A DNA stretch of 63,902 bases, the filler included. It is 5 parts of 5 records of this genome, joined end to end, with 100 filler letters (N's around TTAATTAATTAA, not from the genome) between each part and the next. Parts side by side here need not be neighbours in the genome. Positions count along the whole stretch, not along the records: positions 1 to 18,666 come from SRR20825019_1368; positions 18,767 to 26,070 come from SRR20825019_1375; 3 more parts are not named here. One strand, 5' to 3'. This document shows positions 9,331 to 19,969 of the stretch, in pieces. The notes under the pieces are model-generated. The model saw nothing but the letters and a program-made list of their open reading frames with translations, was not told where the DNA came from and did not search any database. Both the position numbers and the translations under genes were made by a program. The stretch's first letter is position 1. Each line of letters starts with the position of its first letter.

Positions 9331-10662
9331 GTGATTCAATTTTTTAAATCCTTATACCTTCACCAGCGCGTATTTTATGTGTTGTTTTCCATATCAGCTA
9401 TATTTTTAGTGTCGTTTTGGGTACCTCTACTCTATCCAATAGCCTGGTTAATTGTCTTAGCGTTATGTCTTATATTTTTATTAGATGTTGTTGCTTTATA
9501 TAAGGGTTCTGGCATAATAGCAAATCGCCTTTTACCAGATAAATTTTCAAATAGTGATGAAAATCCAGTCTCAGTTACTCTAAAAAACAACTATAAATTT
9601 AAAATAGATGTAGCAGTAGTAGATGAGTTACCGATTCAGTTTCAAAAAAGAGATTTCAATAAAAATATTACTGTACAACCAAATTCAAATAAATCATTTG
9701 AATATTTGGTAAAGCCTGTAGATCGAGGTGAATATCATTTTGGACATTTAAACTGTTATGTTAGCACAAAGCTTAATCTTGTAAAAAGACGGTTTACATT
9801 TAATAATGAACAAATGGTAAAAGTATATCCATCTTTCATACAAATGCGGCAATATGATTTTCTAGCCATAGATAATAGATTGGCTTTAACAGGACTTAAA
9901 AAAGTGAGGCGTATAGGTCACACAATGGAGTTTGAGCAAATTAAAGAATATGTTACTGGAGATGATGTAAGAACCATAAACTGGAAAGCTACAGCTAAAC
10001 AAGCCCAATTAATGGTTAATCAATTTCAAGATGAAAAATCTCAACCTGTTTATTCTGTTATAGATACAAGTAGAGTAATGAAAATGCCTTTTGAAGGATT
10101 AAAATTATTAGACTACGCTATAAATAGCTCATTAGCGTTTAGTAATGTTGCTTTAAAGAAAAATGATAAAGTTGGTTTACTTACTTTCTCCAATGTTTTG
10201 AGCGATTTTGTTAAAGCTTTATCTAAAAAAACACACTTAAGTTTAGTATTAGAACGCCTATATAACGTAAATACAAAATTCTTAGATTCTGATTTCGGCT
10301 TGCTTTATGCACATATAAAGCGAAAAATAACACAACGTAGCTTATTACTCCTTTATACAAATTTTGAGCATATCACTGCATTGCAAAGACAACTACCCTA
10401 TTTAAAAGCCATTGCTAAACAACACGTACTAGTAGTCATCTTTTTTGAAAATACCGAATTAAAAGAATTGATTAATCAGGATGCTACTTCAATTGGAGAT
10501 GTTTATCACAAAACAATAGCATCACAATTTGCATCAGATAAGGTTCTAATGCAAAAAGAGTTACAGAAACACGGTATACAATCTGTATTAACACCACCAC
10601 AAGATCTTACTGTAAATACCATTAATAAATACTTAGAAATTAAAGCTAGAGGTATACTTTAA
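9331..10662 (+). CDS. DUF58 protein (MoxR partner)
   Basis: EFEQIKEYVTGDDVRTINWKATA motif; directly follows MoxR. Confidence 0.88.
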   Translation: MIQFFKSLYLHQRVFYVLFSISAIFLVSFWVPLLYPIAWLIVLALCLIFLLDVVALYKGSGIIANRLLPDKFSNSDENPVSVTLKNNYKFKIDVAVVDELPIQFQKRDFNKNITVQPNSNKSFEYLVKPVDRGEYHFGHLNCYVSTKLNLVKRRFTFNNEQMVKVYPSFIQMRQYDFLAIDNRLALTGLKKVRRIGHTMEFEQIKEYVTGDDVRTINWKATAKQAQLMVNQFQDEKSQPVYSVIDTSRVMKMPFEGLKLLDYAINSSLAFSNVALKKNDKVGLLTFSNVLSDFVKALSKKTHLSLVLERLYNVNTKFLDSDFGLLYAHIKRKITQRSLLLLYTNFEHITALQRQLPYLKAIAKQHVLVVIFFENTELKELINQDATSIGDVYHKTIASQFASDKVLMQKELQKHGIQSVLTPPQDLTVNTINKYLEIKARGIL

Positions 10663-10846
10663 GAATAACCTACTTACTATTATAAAAGTGATACAACCTG
10701 CTATTTTAATTCATCTAAATTATTAAAATATAAATTTGATGAATGTAAGTTTTGAAAATATTCATAAATTGAATGAACGTAATTTCCTACAAATAGAATA
10801 TAGAAAATAAATAGTTAATAATAGAATTCCTTAAGTAATATTTAAA

Positions 10847-11302
10847 ATGAAAATTGAAGCTAACTCTCCAGACGATTATATTTCTAAACTACCTGAAGAT
10901 CGTCAAGCTGCTGTAAAAAAATTAAGAGATATTATAAAAGATAATTTACCAACTGGTTTTAAAGAAACACTAGGTTATGGTATGCTTGCATTTGTAGTGC
11001 CATTATCAACTTACCCTGATGGTTATCATTGTGATCCTAAATTGGCCTTACCGTTTATTAATATAGCCTCTCAGAAAAACTTTGTTGCCTTATATCATTC
11101 TGGTATATATGCCGATAAAACGATACATAATTGGTTTGTGAATGAATATCCCAAGCATTCTAAATATAAGTTAGATATGGGTAAAAGCTGTATTCGTTTT
11201 AAACGAATGAATGATATCCCGTATGAACTTATTGCAGAACTTGCTCAAAAGTTTACGGTTTCACAATGGATAGAAACCTATGAAAAAGCTATAAAAAAGT
11301 AA
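10847..11302 (+). CDS. DUF1801 (YdhG-like) protein
   Basis: YGMLAFVVP...YPDGYHC...ASQKNFVALY...DMGKSCIRFK. Confidence 0.8.
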   Translation: MKIEANSPDDYISKLPEDRQAAVKKLRDIIKDNLPTGFKETLGYGMLAFVVPLSTYPDGYHCDPKLALPFINIASQKNFVALYHSGIYADKTIHNWFVNEYPKHSKYKLDMGKSCIRFKRMNDIPYELIAELAQKFTVSQWIETYEKAIKK

Positions 11303-11304
11303 AT

Positions 11305-11336
11305 AAAAAAAGGCTAACAGTAACTGTTAGCCTTTT
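11305..11336. terminator. Bidirectional intrinsic terminator between the DUF1801 gene and ribH
   Basis: aaaaaaaggctaacag-taa-ctgttagcctttt between convergent genes. Confidence 0.85.
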
Positions 11337-11356
11337 GCATATACTATTATAATATA

Positions 11357-11863
11357 TTACTCTTTATAAAACTTTGCATCTTTACGCAGTTGCGCCATTT
11401 TAATGGCTGCGATTGCTGCTTCTGTACCTTTATTACCGTGAATACCACCACTACGAGCTATAGACTGCTCCTCGGTATTATCTGTTAATACACAAAAAAT
11501 AGTAGGTATATCACTCTCTATATTTAATTGTGCTATTCCGTTTGTTACTCCTTGGCAAACAAAGTCAAAATGCTTTGTCTCGCCTTGTATTACACTTCCT
11601 ACAGCAATAATACAATCTAACATCTCAAAGCTTTGTTGTAGCTTTTTACAGCCGTAAATAAGCTCAAAACTGCCAGGTACATTCCAACGTACAATGTTTT
11701 CCTTTAAAACACCATGCTCCATAAAAGCATCGAAAGCACCTTGAAAGAGGTTATTTGTAATATGGTCGTTCCATTCTGAAACAACAATCCCAAACTTGAA
11801 GTCTTTCGCGTTTGGGATTGTCTCTTTATTATATTCTGATAGATTGTTTCCGGCTGTTGCCAT
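11357..11863 (-). CDS. ribH: 6,7-dimethyl-8-ribityllumazine synthase
   Basis: VVSEWN, VPGSFEL, VIQGETKHFDFV and GNKGTEAA motifs. Confidence 0.95.
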   Translation of the reverse strand: MATAGNNLSEYNKETIPNAKDFKFGIVVSEWNDHITNNLFQGAFDAFMEHGVLKENIVRWNVPGSFELIYGCKKLQQSFEMLDCIIAVGSVIQGETKHFDFVCQGVTNGIAQLNIESDIPTIFCVLTDNTEEQSIARSGGIHGNKGTEAAIAAIKMAQLRKDAKFYKE

Positions 11864-11878
11864 AAATATCTTCTAGAT

Positions 11879-12652
11879 TTAGTTTTGCATTGCTTTAGCT
11901 TGCCCTAAGTATACTGCTACTTGAGAAGCTTCAGTAGATGTTTCGTACTTATCTTTTAATTCAGTTAAATGTTTTACTGCTACATCTGCCTTACCTAACT
12001 CGATAGCTGTAATACCAGCTTTAAGTAAGAATTTAGGTGCTGTAAACTCATTTGCATTCATTTTAGCAGCACTTTCATAATAACCTAAAGCTTCATCAGT
12101 TTGGTCTAATTGTAAAAATGCATCACCTATAGCTCCTTTAGCTAATGGTGCTAAAATTAAATCGTCACTAGAAAAATCTTCTAAGCTAGAAATAGCTTCT
12201 TTATATTTTCCTGTATTAAGGTAAGCCATACCTGCATAGTAATTTGCAAGGTTACCTGCATCTGTACTACTATACTCGTCTGCAATGTCTAAGAAACCAT
12301 ACTTACCTTCGCCACCATTAAGAGCTAAGTTAAATAAAGAATCTTTTGTAGTAGATGGTGCTATTAATGCATCATCAAAATAGCTTTGTGCTTGATACAT
12401 TTCATTAGTAGCAGCTTCTTCATTAGGTGCTACCACAAAACGCTCATATGCCAAATAACCTAGTACCACTACTGCAATAATACCTATTACAATTAAAATG
12501 ATGTTTTGGTTTTTTGCAACAAACTCTTCGGTTTTATTTGCTCCTTCATCTAAAGAGTTAAAAACTTCTGCAGTTGTTGACTGATCTTCTACTTGTTCTT
12601 CGCGCTCTTCCTTGTTCTTAGGTTTGTATCCACGCTTCTTATATGTTGCCAT
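11879..12652 (-). CDS. TPR membrane protein (YfgM-like)
   Basis: One TM helix followed by TPR repeats (AGNLANYYAGMAY...). Confidence 0.8.
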   Translation of the reverse strand: MATYKKRGYKPKNKEEREEQVEDQSTTAEVFNSLDEGANKTEEFVAKNQNIILIVIGIIAVVVLGYLAYERFVVAPNEEAATNEMYQAQSYFDDALIAPSTTKDSLFNLALNGGEGKYGFLDIADEYSSTDAGNLANYYAGMAYLNTGKYKEAISSLEDFSSDDLILAPLAKGAIGDAFLQLDQTDEALGYYESAAKMNANEFTAPKFLLKAGITAIELGKADVAVKHLTELKDKYETSTEASQVAVYLGQAKAMQN

Positions 12653-12797
12653 AATTTACTTTATTGTGGCGCAAAAATAAACTTTTTATTGAGATTAAAA
12701 AGTGTAATTACATTCATTTTTTGGTACTTTGCACAAGTTGTCAACAGGATATGATAACCTCTTCATTAGCTAATTTACTATTGATCCTCATTTTTTT

Positions 12798-13877
12798 ATG
12801 CATTTAAAACAATTATCTCTTATAAACTATAAGAATTTTGAATCTGAAACTTTTGAATTTGATTCTAAGATTAATTGCTTGGTTGGCGCCAATGGTATTG
12901 GTAAAACCAATGTTTTAGACAGTATATATCATCTTTCTTTAGGTAAAAGTTACTTTAACCCTATAACGAGCCAAAACATTAAACATCATGAAGATTTCTT
13001 CGTTATAGATGGCGAGTTTGTTAAGCAAGACCGTACAGAAAAAATTGTTGTAAGTGCAAAACGTGGTCAAAAAAAAGTAATTAAAAGAAACAGCAAAGCA
13101 TATGAACGTTTTAGTGAACACGTAGGCTTATTACCTGTTGTTATTATATCTCCTGCAGATAGAGACCTTATTACTGAAGGTAGCGATACTAGACGTAAAT
13201 TTATGGATGGTATAATTTCTCAGAACGATAAAACTTATTTGGATAACTTAATAAGCTATAATAAGGTACTTGCACAACGAAATGCTCTTTTAAAATATTT
13301 TGCTGCAAATAGAACTTTTGAAAGTTCAACACTCGAGGTTTATAATGAACAGTTAAGTAACTATGCCTCAGAGATATTTGAGACTAGAACACTATTTTTA
13401 GAAAGTTTCATTCCGATATTTAAAGAACGCTACCAAACAATTAGCAATAACAAAGAACAAGTGACTATTTCTTATAAAAGTCAACTTAAAAAAGGAAACC
13501 TAGCTAGTTTATTTGAAGAGCGCTTACAGAAAGATTTACAACGCCAATATACAACGGTTGGTACTCACAAAGATGATTTAGATTTTGGAATTGAAAACCA
13601 CCCGATTAAGAAGTTTGGAAGCCAAGGACAACAAAAATCATTTTTAATAGCTTTAAAATTAGCACAGTACGATTTTATTAAAGCAAAAAGTAAGGTGAAT
13701 CCTATTTTACTTTTAGATGATGTTTTTGATAAATTAGATGAACAACGTGTTGAGCAAATAGTCTCTTTAGTCTCAACTGGAGAATTGGGACAACTATTTA
13801 TAAGCGATACACATCCTGATCGTACTGAAGCTGTTGTAAAAAATACTGCTCAAGACTATAAAATGTTTAGACTATAA
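12798..13877 (+). CDS. recF: DNA replication/repair protein RecF
   Basis: [24 protein letters not shown] and [11 protein letters not shown] motifs. Confidence 0.95.
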   Translation: MHLKQLSLINYKNFESETFEFDSKINCLVGANGIGKTNVLDSIYHLSLGKSYFNPITSQNIKHHEDFFVIDGEFVKQDRTEKIVVSAKRGQKKVIKRNSKAYERFSEHVGLLPVVIISPADRDLITEGSDTRRKFMDGIISQNDKTYLDNLISYNKVLAQRNALLKYFAANRTFESSTLEVYNEQLSNYASEIFETRTLFLESFIPIFKERYQTISNNKEQVTISYKSQLKKGNLASLFEERLQKDLQRQYTTVGTHKDDLDFGIENHPIKKFGSQGQQKSFLIALKLAQYDFIKAKSKVNPILLLDDVFDKLDEQRVEQIVSLVSTGELGQLFISDTHPDRTEAVVKNTAQDYKMFRL

Positions 13878-13891
13878 ACTAAGTTGTTTAG

Positions 13892-13899
13892 TATCTTTG
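13892..13899 (+). promoter_or_regulatory. Bacteroidetes -7 promoter element for the TonB receptor operon
   Basis: TATCTTTG 13 nt upstream of the TTG start. Confidence 0.55.
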
Positions 13900-13912
13900 G
13901 TGAAAAAGAAAT

Positions 13913-16279
13913 TTGCGCCATTTATTATTCTTATTATTGGTTTTAACCAACCTATCCCTATTTGGTCAAACAACCTTTACCTTAAATGGTACTATAAGAG
14001 ATGCTGCTAGTAATGAAACTCTTAATGGTGTTAATGTAATTATTAATGAATTACAAACTGGAACCGTTACTAACACATATGGTTTTTATTCAATATCTAT
14101 CCCTGAAGGTAATTACACAATAACTTTAAGTTACTTAGGTTACAACACTATAAGTCAAAATATTAGCATTACAACTAAAACAACTTTAAATTTTAGCTTA
14201 ACTGAATCATCTGAGACATTAGACACAGTTGTTATTAAAGAAGATGTAGAGCGTACAAATATTAGATCTCCTCAAATGAGTGTTAATTCTCTCTCAATAA
14301 AAACTATAAAGCAAATACCCGTAGTATTAGGTGAACCAGATATTATTAAATCGATTCTACTTTTACCAGGTGTTACAAATGCAGGAGAAGGTGCTTCAGG
14401 ATTTAATGTAAGAGGTGGCGCAGCAGATCAGAATTTAATATTATTAGACGAAGCTACAATTTATAATTCATCACATTTATTCGGTTTATTTTCAATTTTT
14501 AATCCGGATGCAATAAAAGATATTAAATTATATAAAGGTGGAATACCTTCTAAATATGGAGGCAGAGTATCTTCTGTTTTAGATATTTATCAAAAAGATG
14601 GTAATAGTAAGAAGTTTTCTGCAGAAGGAGGTCTAGGAATTTTATCAAGCAGGTTATTAGTTGAGGGACCTATTCAAAAAGAAAAAAGCTCATTTTTACT
14701 CGCAGGAAGAAGTTCTTATGCGCATTTATTCTTAAAACTCACAGATAACGAAAACCTGGCTTATTTTTATGATTTAAATACCAAGCTAAGCTATAAACTA
14801 GACGATAAAAACACACTGTTACTTTCGGGATATTTTGGTAGAGATGTATTTAATCTTAACGACAGTTTTAAGAATGTTTATGGAAATAGCATTTTAAATC
14901 TTAGATGGAATCACGTATTTAGTGATAATGTATTTACTAACCTATCTGTAATATACAGTGATTATTACTATGGGTTAGAATTAGATTTAGCAGAATTTAA
15001 ATACAACAGCGGAATAAGAAATGGAAATATTAAATATGGATTTAACCACTATATTAATAATGACCTAAAATTAAATTACGGGATACAAAACACATTATAC
15101 GAATTTAATCCAGGTGAAATTGAACCATCTACAACAGATTCTGGAATAAATGCATTTACGCTCACAAAAAAATATGCCCTAGAAAGCGGAATATACTTAT
15201 CTGCAGAACACGATTTAACAGAGAAACTAACTGCCGAATATGGTTTAAGGTATAGTGCATTCTTTAGACTAGGCCAAGATCGGTTGTTTACTTATGAGAA
15301 TAATTTACCTGTAATATATAATCAAGAACAAGGTGTATATGAATCTGCAGACCCTATAGATGAAGAAAACTTTAACCGTGATAATATTATTAAATCTTTT
15401 GGCAATTTAGAGCCAAGAGTTTCACTATCGTATTTATTAAATGACCAAAACTCAATAAAATTAAGTTACAATCGCATTGCACAATATATACATATACTTA
15501 GTAATACAAGCTCTCCTACTCCATTAGATGTATATACACCAAGTGGTAAATTTGTAGAACCCCAAATAGTAGATCAAGTTGCTGCTGGGTATTTTAAAAA
15601 CTTTAATGAGAATGAGTACAGCTTAGAGTTTGAGGCTTTTTATAAATATATAAACAACAGAATTGATTATATAGACGGCACAGATCTTATTGCTAATGAT
15701 GCTATAGAACAAGTTATTCTTAATGGTAAAGCAAGAGCATATGGCCTTGAAGTATTGTTTAGAAAAAATCTTGGTAAATTTCAAGGTTGGTTATCTTATA
15801 CGCTTTCTAAAAGTGAACAAAAGACACCAGGAAGAAGTGAAATAGAGCCAGGTATTTCAAATGGAAATTGGTATTTAACCAATTATGATAAGACACATGA
15901 CATTTCTATAACAACGTCTTATAAATTAAATGATAAATGGACATTTAGTGGAAATTTTCTTTTACAAACAGGACAACCCACTACATTTCCTACGTCTCAA
16001 TACCAATATGAAGGACAAACAATTCCAGTTTATGGTGAACGAAATACAGACAGATTACCTCTGTTTAATAGGTTAGACATTGCTGCAGAGTTTACTCCAA
16101 ACCCCAATAATGATAAGCGCTGGCAATCATATTGGTCATTTGGTATTTACAACCTTTATAATAGGAAAAATGCTGCAAGTATAAGTTTTAGAGAAAACAG
16201 AACTACCGGAGTTAATGAAGCAGTTAGGTTTTCAATATTTGGAATAGTGCCTTCTATAAGTTATAATTTTAAATTTTAA
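13913..16279 (+). CDS. TonB-dependent receptor
   Basis: Signal peptide, CarboxypepD_reg-like domain, plug (LLLPGV...FNVRGG...DQNLILLD), C-terminal YNFKF. Confidence 0.9.
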   Translation: MRHLLFLLLVLTNLSLFGQTTFTLNGTIRDAASNETLNGVNVIINELQTGTVTNTYGFYSISIPEGNYTITLSYLGYNTISQNISITTKTTLNFSLTESSETLDTVVIKEDVERTNIRSPQMSVNSLSIKTIKQIPVVLGEPDIIKSILLLPGVTNAGEGASGFNVRGGAADQNLILLDEATIYNSSHLFGLFSIFNPDAIKDIKLYKGGIPSKYGGRVSSVLDIYQKDGNSKKFSAEGGLGILSSRLLVEGPIQKEKSSFLLAGRSSYAHLFLKLTDNENLAYFYDLNTKLSYKLDDKNTLLLSGYFGRDVFNLNDSFKNVYGNSILNLRWNHVFSDNVFTNLSVIYSDYYYGLELDLAEFKYNSGIRNGNIKYGFNHYINNDLKLNYGIQNTLYEFNPGEIEPSTTDSGINAFTLTKKYALESGIYLSAEHDLTEKLTAEYGLRYSAFFRLGQDRLFTYENNLPVIYNQEQGVYESADPIDEENFNRDNIIKSFGNLEPRVSLSYLLNDQNSIKLSYNRIAQYIHILSNTSSPTPLDVYTPSGKFVEPQIVDQVAAGYFKNFNENEYSLEFEAFYKYINNRIDYIDGTDLIANDAIEQVILNGKARAYGLEVLFRKNLGKFQGWLSYTLSKSEQKTPGRSEIEPGISNGNWYLTNYDKTHDISITTSYKLNDKWTFSGNFLLQTGQPTTFPTSQYQYEGQTIPVYGERNTDRLPLFNRLDIAAEFTPNPNNDKRWQSYWSFGIYNLYNRKNAASISFRENRTTGVNEAVRFSIFGIVPSISYNFKF

Positions 16280-17091
16280 TGAAACAAATAATATATATAA
16301 TCTTAATTCTAAGTCTTTGCTCTTGTGAAGATGTCGTGAATATTTCATTAAATGAAAGCGAACCAAAATTAGTTATTGATGCATCTTTAAATTGGGTAAA
16401 GGGAACTAGTGGAAATCATCAGGAAATCTATTTAAGTTTAACTCGACCATTTTTTTCAGGTGAACCTACTCCTGTCAATAATGCTTTAGTTCAAATTAGT
16501 AATACAAATGGAACAGTTTTCGAATTTTCTCAAAATGAATCATTAGGCACTTACGAAACAGATAATTTTGAACCAATGTTAAATGAAACATATCTGTTAC
16601 AGATTGTATTTGAAAATGAATTATACGTAGCAGAAACTCAATTAATTCCAGTAATACCAATAGATTTTGTTGAGCAGACAGATAATGGAGGAATAAACGG
16701 TGAAGATTTTGAAATAAAGCCAAATTATAGTGATCCAGAAGAAACAGAAAATTTTTATTTTTTTAGTTTTGAGACTAACATAACAGATTTTCCTATTTTA
16801 GAAGTTTATGAAGATGAATTTACAAATGGAAATCAAGTCTTTGCTTATTATACAGAAGAGGATCTACAAGTTGGTGATACTGTAACAATAAAATCTTATG
16901 GGATAAATGAAAGGTTTTATAATTTTATGTCTTTATTGTTAACACAAACAAACTCAGAATTAGGTGGCCCTTTCGAAACACAACCAGCAACTTTAAGAGG
17001 AAATATCATAAACCAAACCACATCTAGTAATTTTCCATTAGGATTTTTTAGAGCTTCAGAAATTGATGAAGTAGAATATATTATACAATGA
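16279..17091 (+). CDS. DUF4249 lipoprotein
   Basis: Lipobox LCSC, CEDVV...PKLVIDA, C-terminal LRGNIIN...PLGFFRAS; follows the TonB receptor. Confidence 0.8.
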   Translation: MKQIIYIILILSLCSCEDVVNISLNESEPKLVIDASLNWVKGTSGNHQEIYLSLTRPFFSGEPTPVNNALVQISNTNGTVFEFSQNESLGTYETDNFEPMLNETYLLQIVFENELYVAETQLIPVIPIDFVEQTDNGGINGEDFEIKPNYSDPEETENFYFFSFETNITDFPILEVYEDEFTNGNQVFAYYTEEDLQVGDTVTIKSYGINERFYNFMSLLLTQTNSELGGPFETQPATLRGNIINQTTSSNFPLGFFRASEIDEVEYIIQ

Positions 17092-17912
17092 AAGAATTTA
17101 TTAAAACAACTGAAGCAGAATCATTATACTCAAACCTAGAAGAGATGAGTACACAAGAGTTATTAATTAATATTAATAACGAAGATAAAAAAGTAGCTTT
17201 TGAAGTTGAAAAGATTATTCCAGAAATTGAAAAATTAGTAGATATAATAACTGAAAAACTAAGTGAAGGTGGGAAACTATTTTATATAGGTGCAGGAACT
17301 AGTGGTAGATTAGGCATAGTAGATGCTAGTGAATGCCCTCCTACTTTTGGTGTAGATCATAATTTAGTAATAGGTTTAATGGCTGGTGGTGATAAAGCGA
17401 TGAGAAAAGCTGTTGAGTTTGCGGAGGATGATACAGAATTAGGTTGGAAAGACTTAAAGAAAAAAAATATCACATCTAAAGATATAGTTATAGGAATTGC
17501 TGCATCTGGAACTACTCCCTATGTAATAGGAGCATTGAAAGTTTGTTTAGAACATAAAATTACAACAGGTAGTATATCATGTAATTTAAATAGTCCACTT
17601 TCTAATTATTCAAATTATCCTATAGAAGTATCTTTAGGACCAGAATTTTTATCAGGATCATCTAGAATGAAATCAGGAACAGCTCAAAAATTAATTTTGA
17701 ATATGATTTCCACCTCAGTAATGATAAAATTGGGTTATGTAAAAAATAATAGAATGGTAGATATGCAATTAAGCAACAACAAGCTTATAGAAAGAGCAAT
17801 AAAAATGGTTGTTGAAAATACTAATTGTACTCAAGAAAGAGCTAGAACTTTATTAACTAAATATGGAAGTGTAAGGGAAGTTATTAATGTAATAAATAAA
17901 AATGAAAACTAA
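17088..17912 (+). CDS. murQ: N-acetylmuramic acid 6-phosphate etherase
   Basis: YIGAGTSGRLGIVDASECPPTFG and GPEFLSGSSRMKSGTAQKL motifs. Confidence 0.95.
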   Translation: MKEFIKTTEAESLYSNLEEMSTQELLININNEDKKVAFEVEKIIPEIEKLVDIITEKLSEGGKLFYIGAGTSGRLGIVDASECPPTFGVDHNLVIGLMAGGDKAMRKAVEFAEDDTELGWKDLKKKNITSKDIVIGIAASGTTPYVIGALKVCLEHKITTGSISCNLNSPLSNYSNYPIEVSLGPEFLSGSSRMKSGTAQKLILNMISTSVMIKLGYVKNNRMVDMQLSNNKLIERAIKMVVENTNCTQERARTLLTKYGSVREVINVINKNEN

Positions 17913-18120
17913 TAAAGAACTCCTTTATAAAGGAATTAAATACTTAGCAAGTTCATTACCATTAATATTTTTAGGACCTAGTATTGTTTATAGTTCATTC
18001 AATAACCAAGATCATCCTTTATATGTATATATACTTGTTATAGGACTAATTATGATGATTGGTGCAATATTATTAATTTCAGTAGGTTTAAAAGTTTTAA
18101 TTAAAGCATTTTTTAATTAA
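17902..18120 (+). CDS. Small two-TM protein (DUF6095-like)
   Basis: TNKELLYKGIKYL...LIFLGP, two hydrophobic helices, overlaps the murQ stop. Confidence 0.65.
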   Translation: MKTNKELLYKGIKYLASSLPLIFLGPSIVYSSFNNQDHPLYVYILVIGLIMMIGAILLISVGLKVLIKAFFN

Positions 18121-18623
18121 ATACCTTTTCTCTTGGGAATTGGAGTAGTAGGATTATATCCAAACCCTTTAATCTCATAATCTATATTTAATTGATGCAA
18201 TATAAAAGAAATACTAGCAAAATGATGTATGGTATGACTATTTGCTTGGGCTAATATCGATTCCAGTGTATAATTAATACCTATTTTACCTGTACCACAA
18301 TCATCAATAACATATACTATATCTTCAATATTCTTTATATTGTCTAATCTATTCTTTATAGAATTTACTTCTTCTATTGCTTTATATTTATTTTTTGAAA
18401 TAGTTTCATCTCTATTTCTAAGTGTAAGATCTATATCATTGTTATTTTCAATTGAGTTTAAAATGCAATTCAAAAAATCTAATGTATGCCTAATATGAGA
18501 ACCAACACTAGAGTAAAAAGGGCCAACAGTATTATTTATATAACTATCTGAATCTATTTGCGTTAATAAATCTGTAGATTTATTTAATGTGTATTGGAGA
18601 GATTTAATTATACTTTTTTTCAT
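18117..18623 (-). CDS. DinB-family protein
   Basis: SSVGSHIRH, DYxxR-like DLTLRNRD, SHTIHH and FGYNPTT motifs; start position uncertain. Confidence 0.75.
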   Translation of the reverse strand: MKKSIIKSLQYTLNKSTDLLTQIDSDSYINNTVGPFYSSVGSHIRHTLDFLNCILNSIENNNDIDLTLRNRDETISKNKYKAIEEVNSIKNRLDNIKNIEDIVYVIDDCGTGKIGINYTLESILAQANSHTIHHFASISFILHQLNIDYEIKGFGYNPTTPIPKRKGI

Positions 18624-18666
18624 AATAATCATAAACAAAAAAACTCCCCTACCAATAAAGGAAGGG

Positions 18667-18766
18667 NNNNNNNNNNNNNNNNNNNNNNNNNNNNNNNNNN
18701 NNNNNNNNNNTTAATTAATTAANNNNNNNNNNNNNNNNNNNNNNNNNNNNNNNNNNNNNNNNNNNN
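18667..18766. other. Artificial contig linker
   Basis: N44-TTAATTAATTAA-N44; abrupt GC shift across it. Confidence 0.98.
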
Positions 18767-19028
18767 AAAGCGCATAGGACTGGAACACCATGGCGACATC
18801 GCGGTCGCGCGGCGCAAGGTTGTTGGCGATCACGCCGTCGATGATCAGCCGCCCGTCGGTAATGTCCTCAAGGCCCGCGATCATCCTGAGCGCGGTCGAC
18901 TTACCGCAGCCTGAAGGTCCGACAAGCACCAGAAACTCGCCGTCTTGGATGTGGAGGTCGAGATTGGCAATTGCCGCATATCCGTCCGGATAGCGCTTGC
19001 CGATGCCTTCGAAAATAATGTCTGCCAT
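18767..19028 (-). CDS. Sugar ABC transporter ATP-binding protein (MalK-like), N-terminal part
   Basis: GPSGCGKST Walker A and RDVAMVFQSYAL; truncated by the contig end. Confidence 0.9.
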
Positions 19029-19078
19029 ACGCTTTCCCGCTCTTTTGTCGTCAGTTTCAGGCTGTCCGCAAAGCGGGC

Positions 19079-19858
19079 TTACGTCATGTAGATGCCGCCG
19101 GTGACGTTCACGCCCTGCCCGGTCATGAAGCGGGCGGAATTGCTGGAAAGGAAGACAGCGACATCGGCAACGTCTTCAGCCGTCTCGAGCCTGCCCAGCG
19201 GGGTTTGCGCGATGTAGTCGGCGATCACTTCCTCCGGCGTCATGCCGCGCAGCTCGGCCTCCCAGGCAACCTCCCGGTTCTGCATCGCAGTCTTCACCAG
19301 GCCGGGGCAGATGGCATTGACGCGGATGCCCTCGCCGGCAAGCTCCTTCGCCAGCGCCTGCGTCCAGCCGAGAACGGCGAACTTGCTGGCCGAATAATGC
19401 GCGAGAAACGGCGCGCCGACCTTGGCTGCAAGCGAAGCGGTATTGACGATCACGCCCTTGCCATTGGCCTTGAACCGACGCCCGGCAATCTGGTTCGTCA
19501 AAAAGATGCCGCGCGTGTTGACGTCAAAGTTGAAATCCCACTCCTCATCGGTGAGATCCAGGGCGCGCTGCATGGAGGAGACCCCGGCATTGGCGAACAG
19601 CATGTCAAAGCCGCCAAGCCTTTCTTCTGCCTCGGCAAAAGCCTCTTCGACAGACGCACGCTTGCGTACATCAATCGAAACGGCAATTGCGCCAGTCTCG
19701 TCAGCTGTTTTCGCGGCAGCTTCGGGATTGATATCGCACAATGCAACATCGACCTTCTGGCGCCTCAACGCCTCGACGATGGCGCGACCGATACCGGTGG
19801 CGCCGCCGGTGACGACGGCCTTGCGGCCTTCGAGCTCGGGAAAGATCGGGTGAGTCAT
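19079..19858 (-). CDS. Short-chain dehydrogenase/reductase
   Basis: TGGATGIG, NAG, YSASK and NVTGG motifs. Confidence 0.92.
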   Translation of the reverse strand: MTHPIFPELEGRKAVVTGGATGIGRAIVEALRRQKVDVALCDINPEAAAKTADETGAIAVSIDVRKRASVEEAFAEAEERLGGFDMLFANAGVSSMQRALDLTDEEWDFNFDVNTRGIFLTNQIAGRRFKANGKGVIVNTASLAAKVGAPFLAHYSASKFAVLGWTQALAKELAGEGIRVNAICPGLVKTAMQNREVAWEAELRGMTPEEVIADYIAQTPLGRLETAEDVADVAVFLSSNSARFMTGQGVNVTGGIYMT

Positions 19859-19969
19859 TTTTCGTTCCCCTTATTGGTTCGTTCGATCATATATCAACAA
19901 AAACATACACAACAAGAGAAAATAATGTTTGAATTTGTTCGATCCTGCTGCTAGTCATGAAGTTCAGTA

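Noticed and set aside
8308-10662. MoxR-DUF58 as a novel system
   Set aside because: A common, well-known gene pair
18711-18722. TTAATTAATTAA repeated four times as a biological repeat
   Set aside because: Always centred in N-runs; it is an assembly linker
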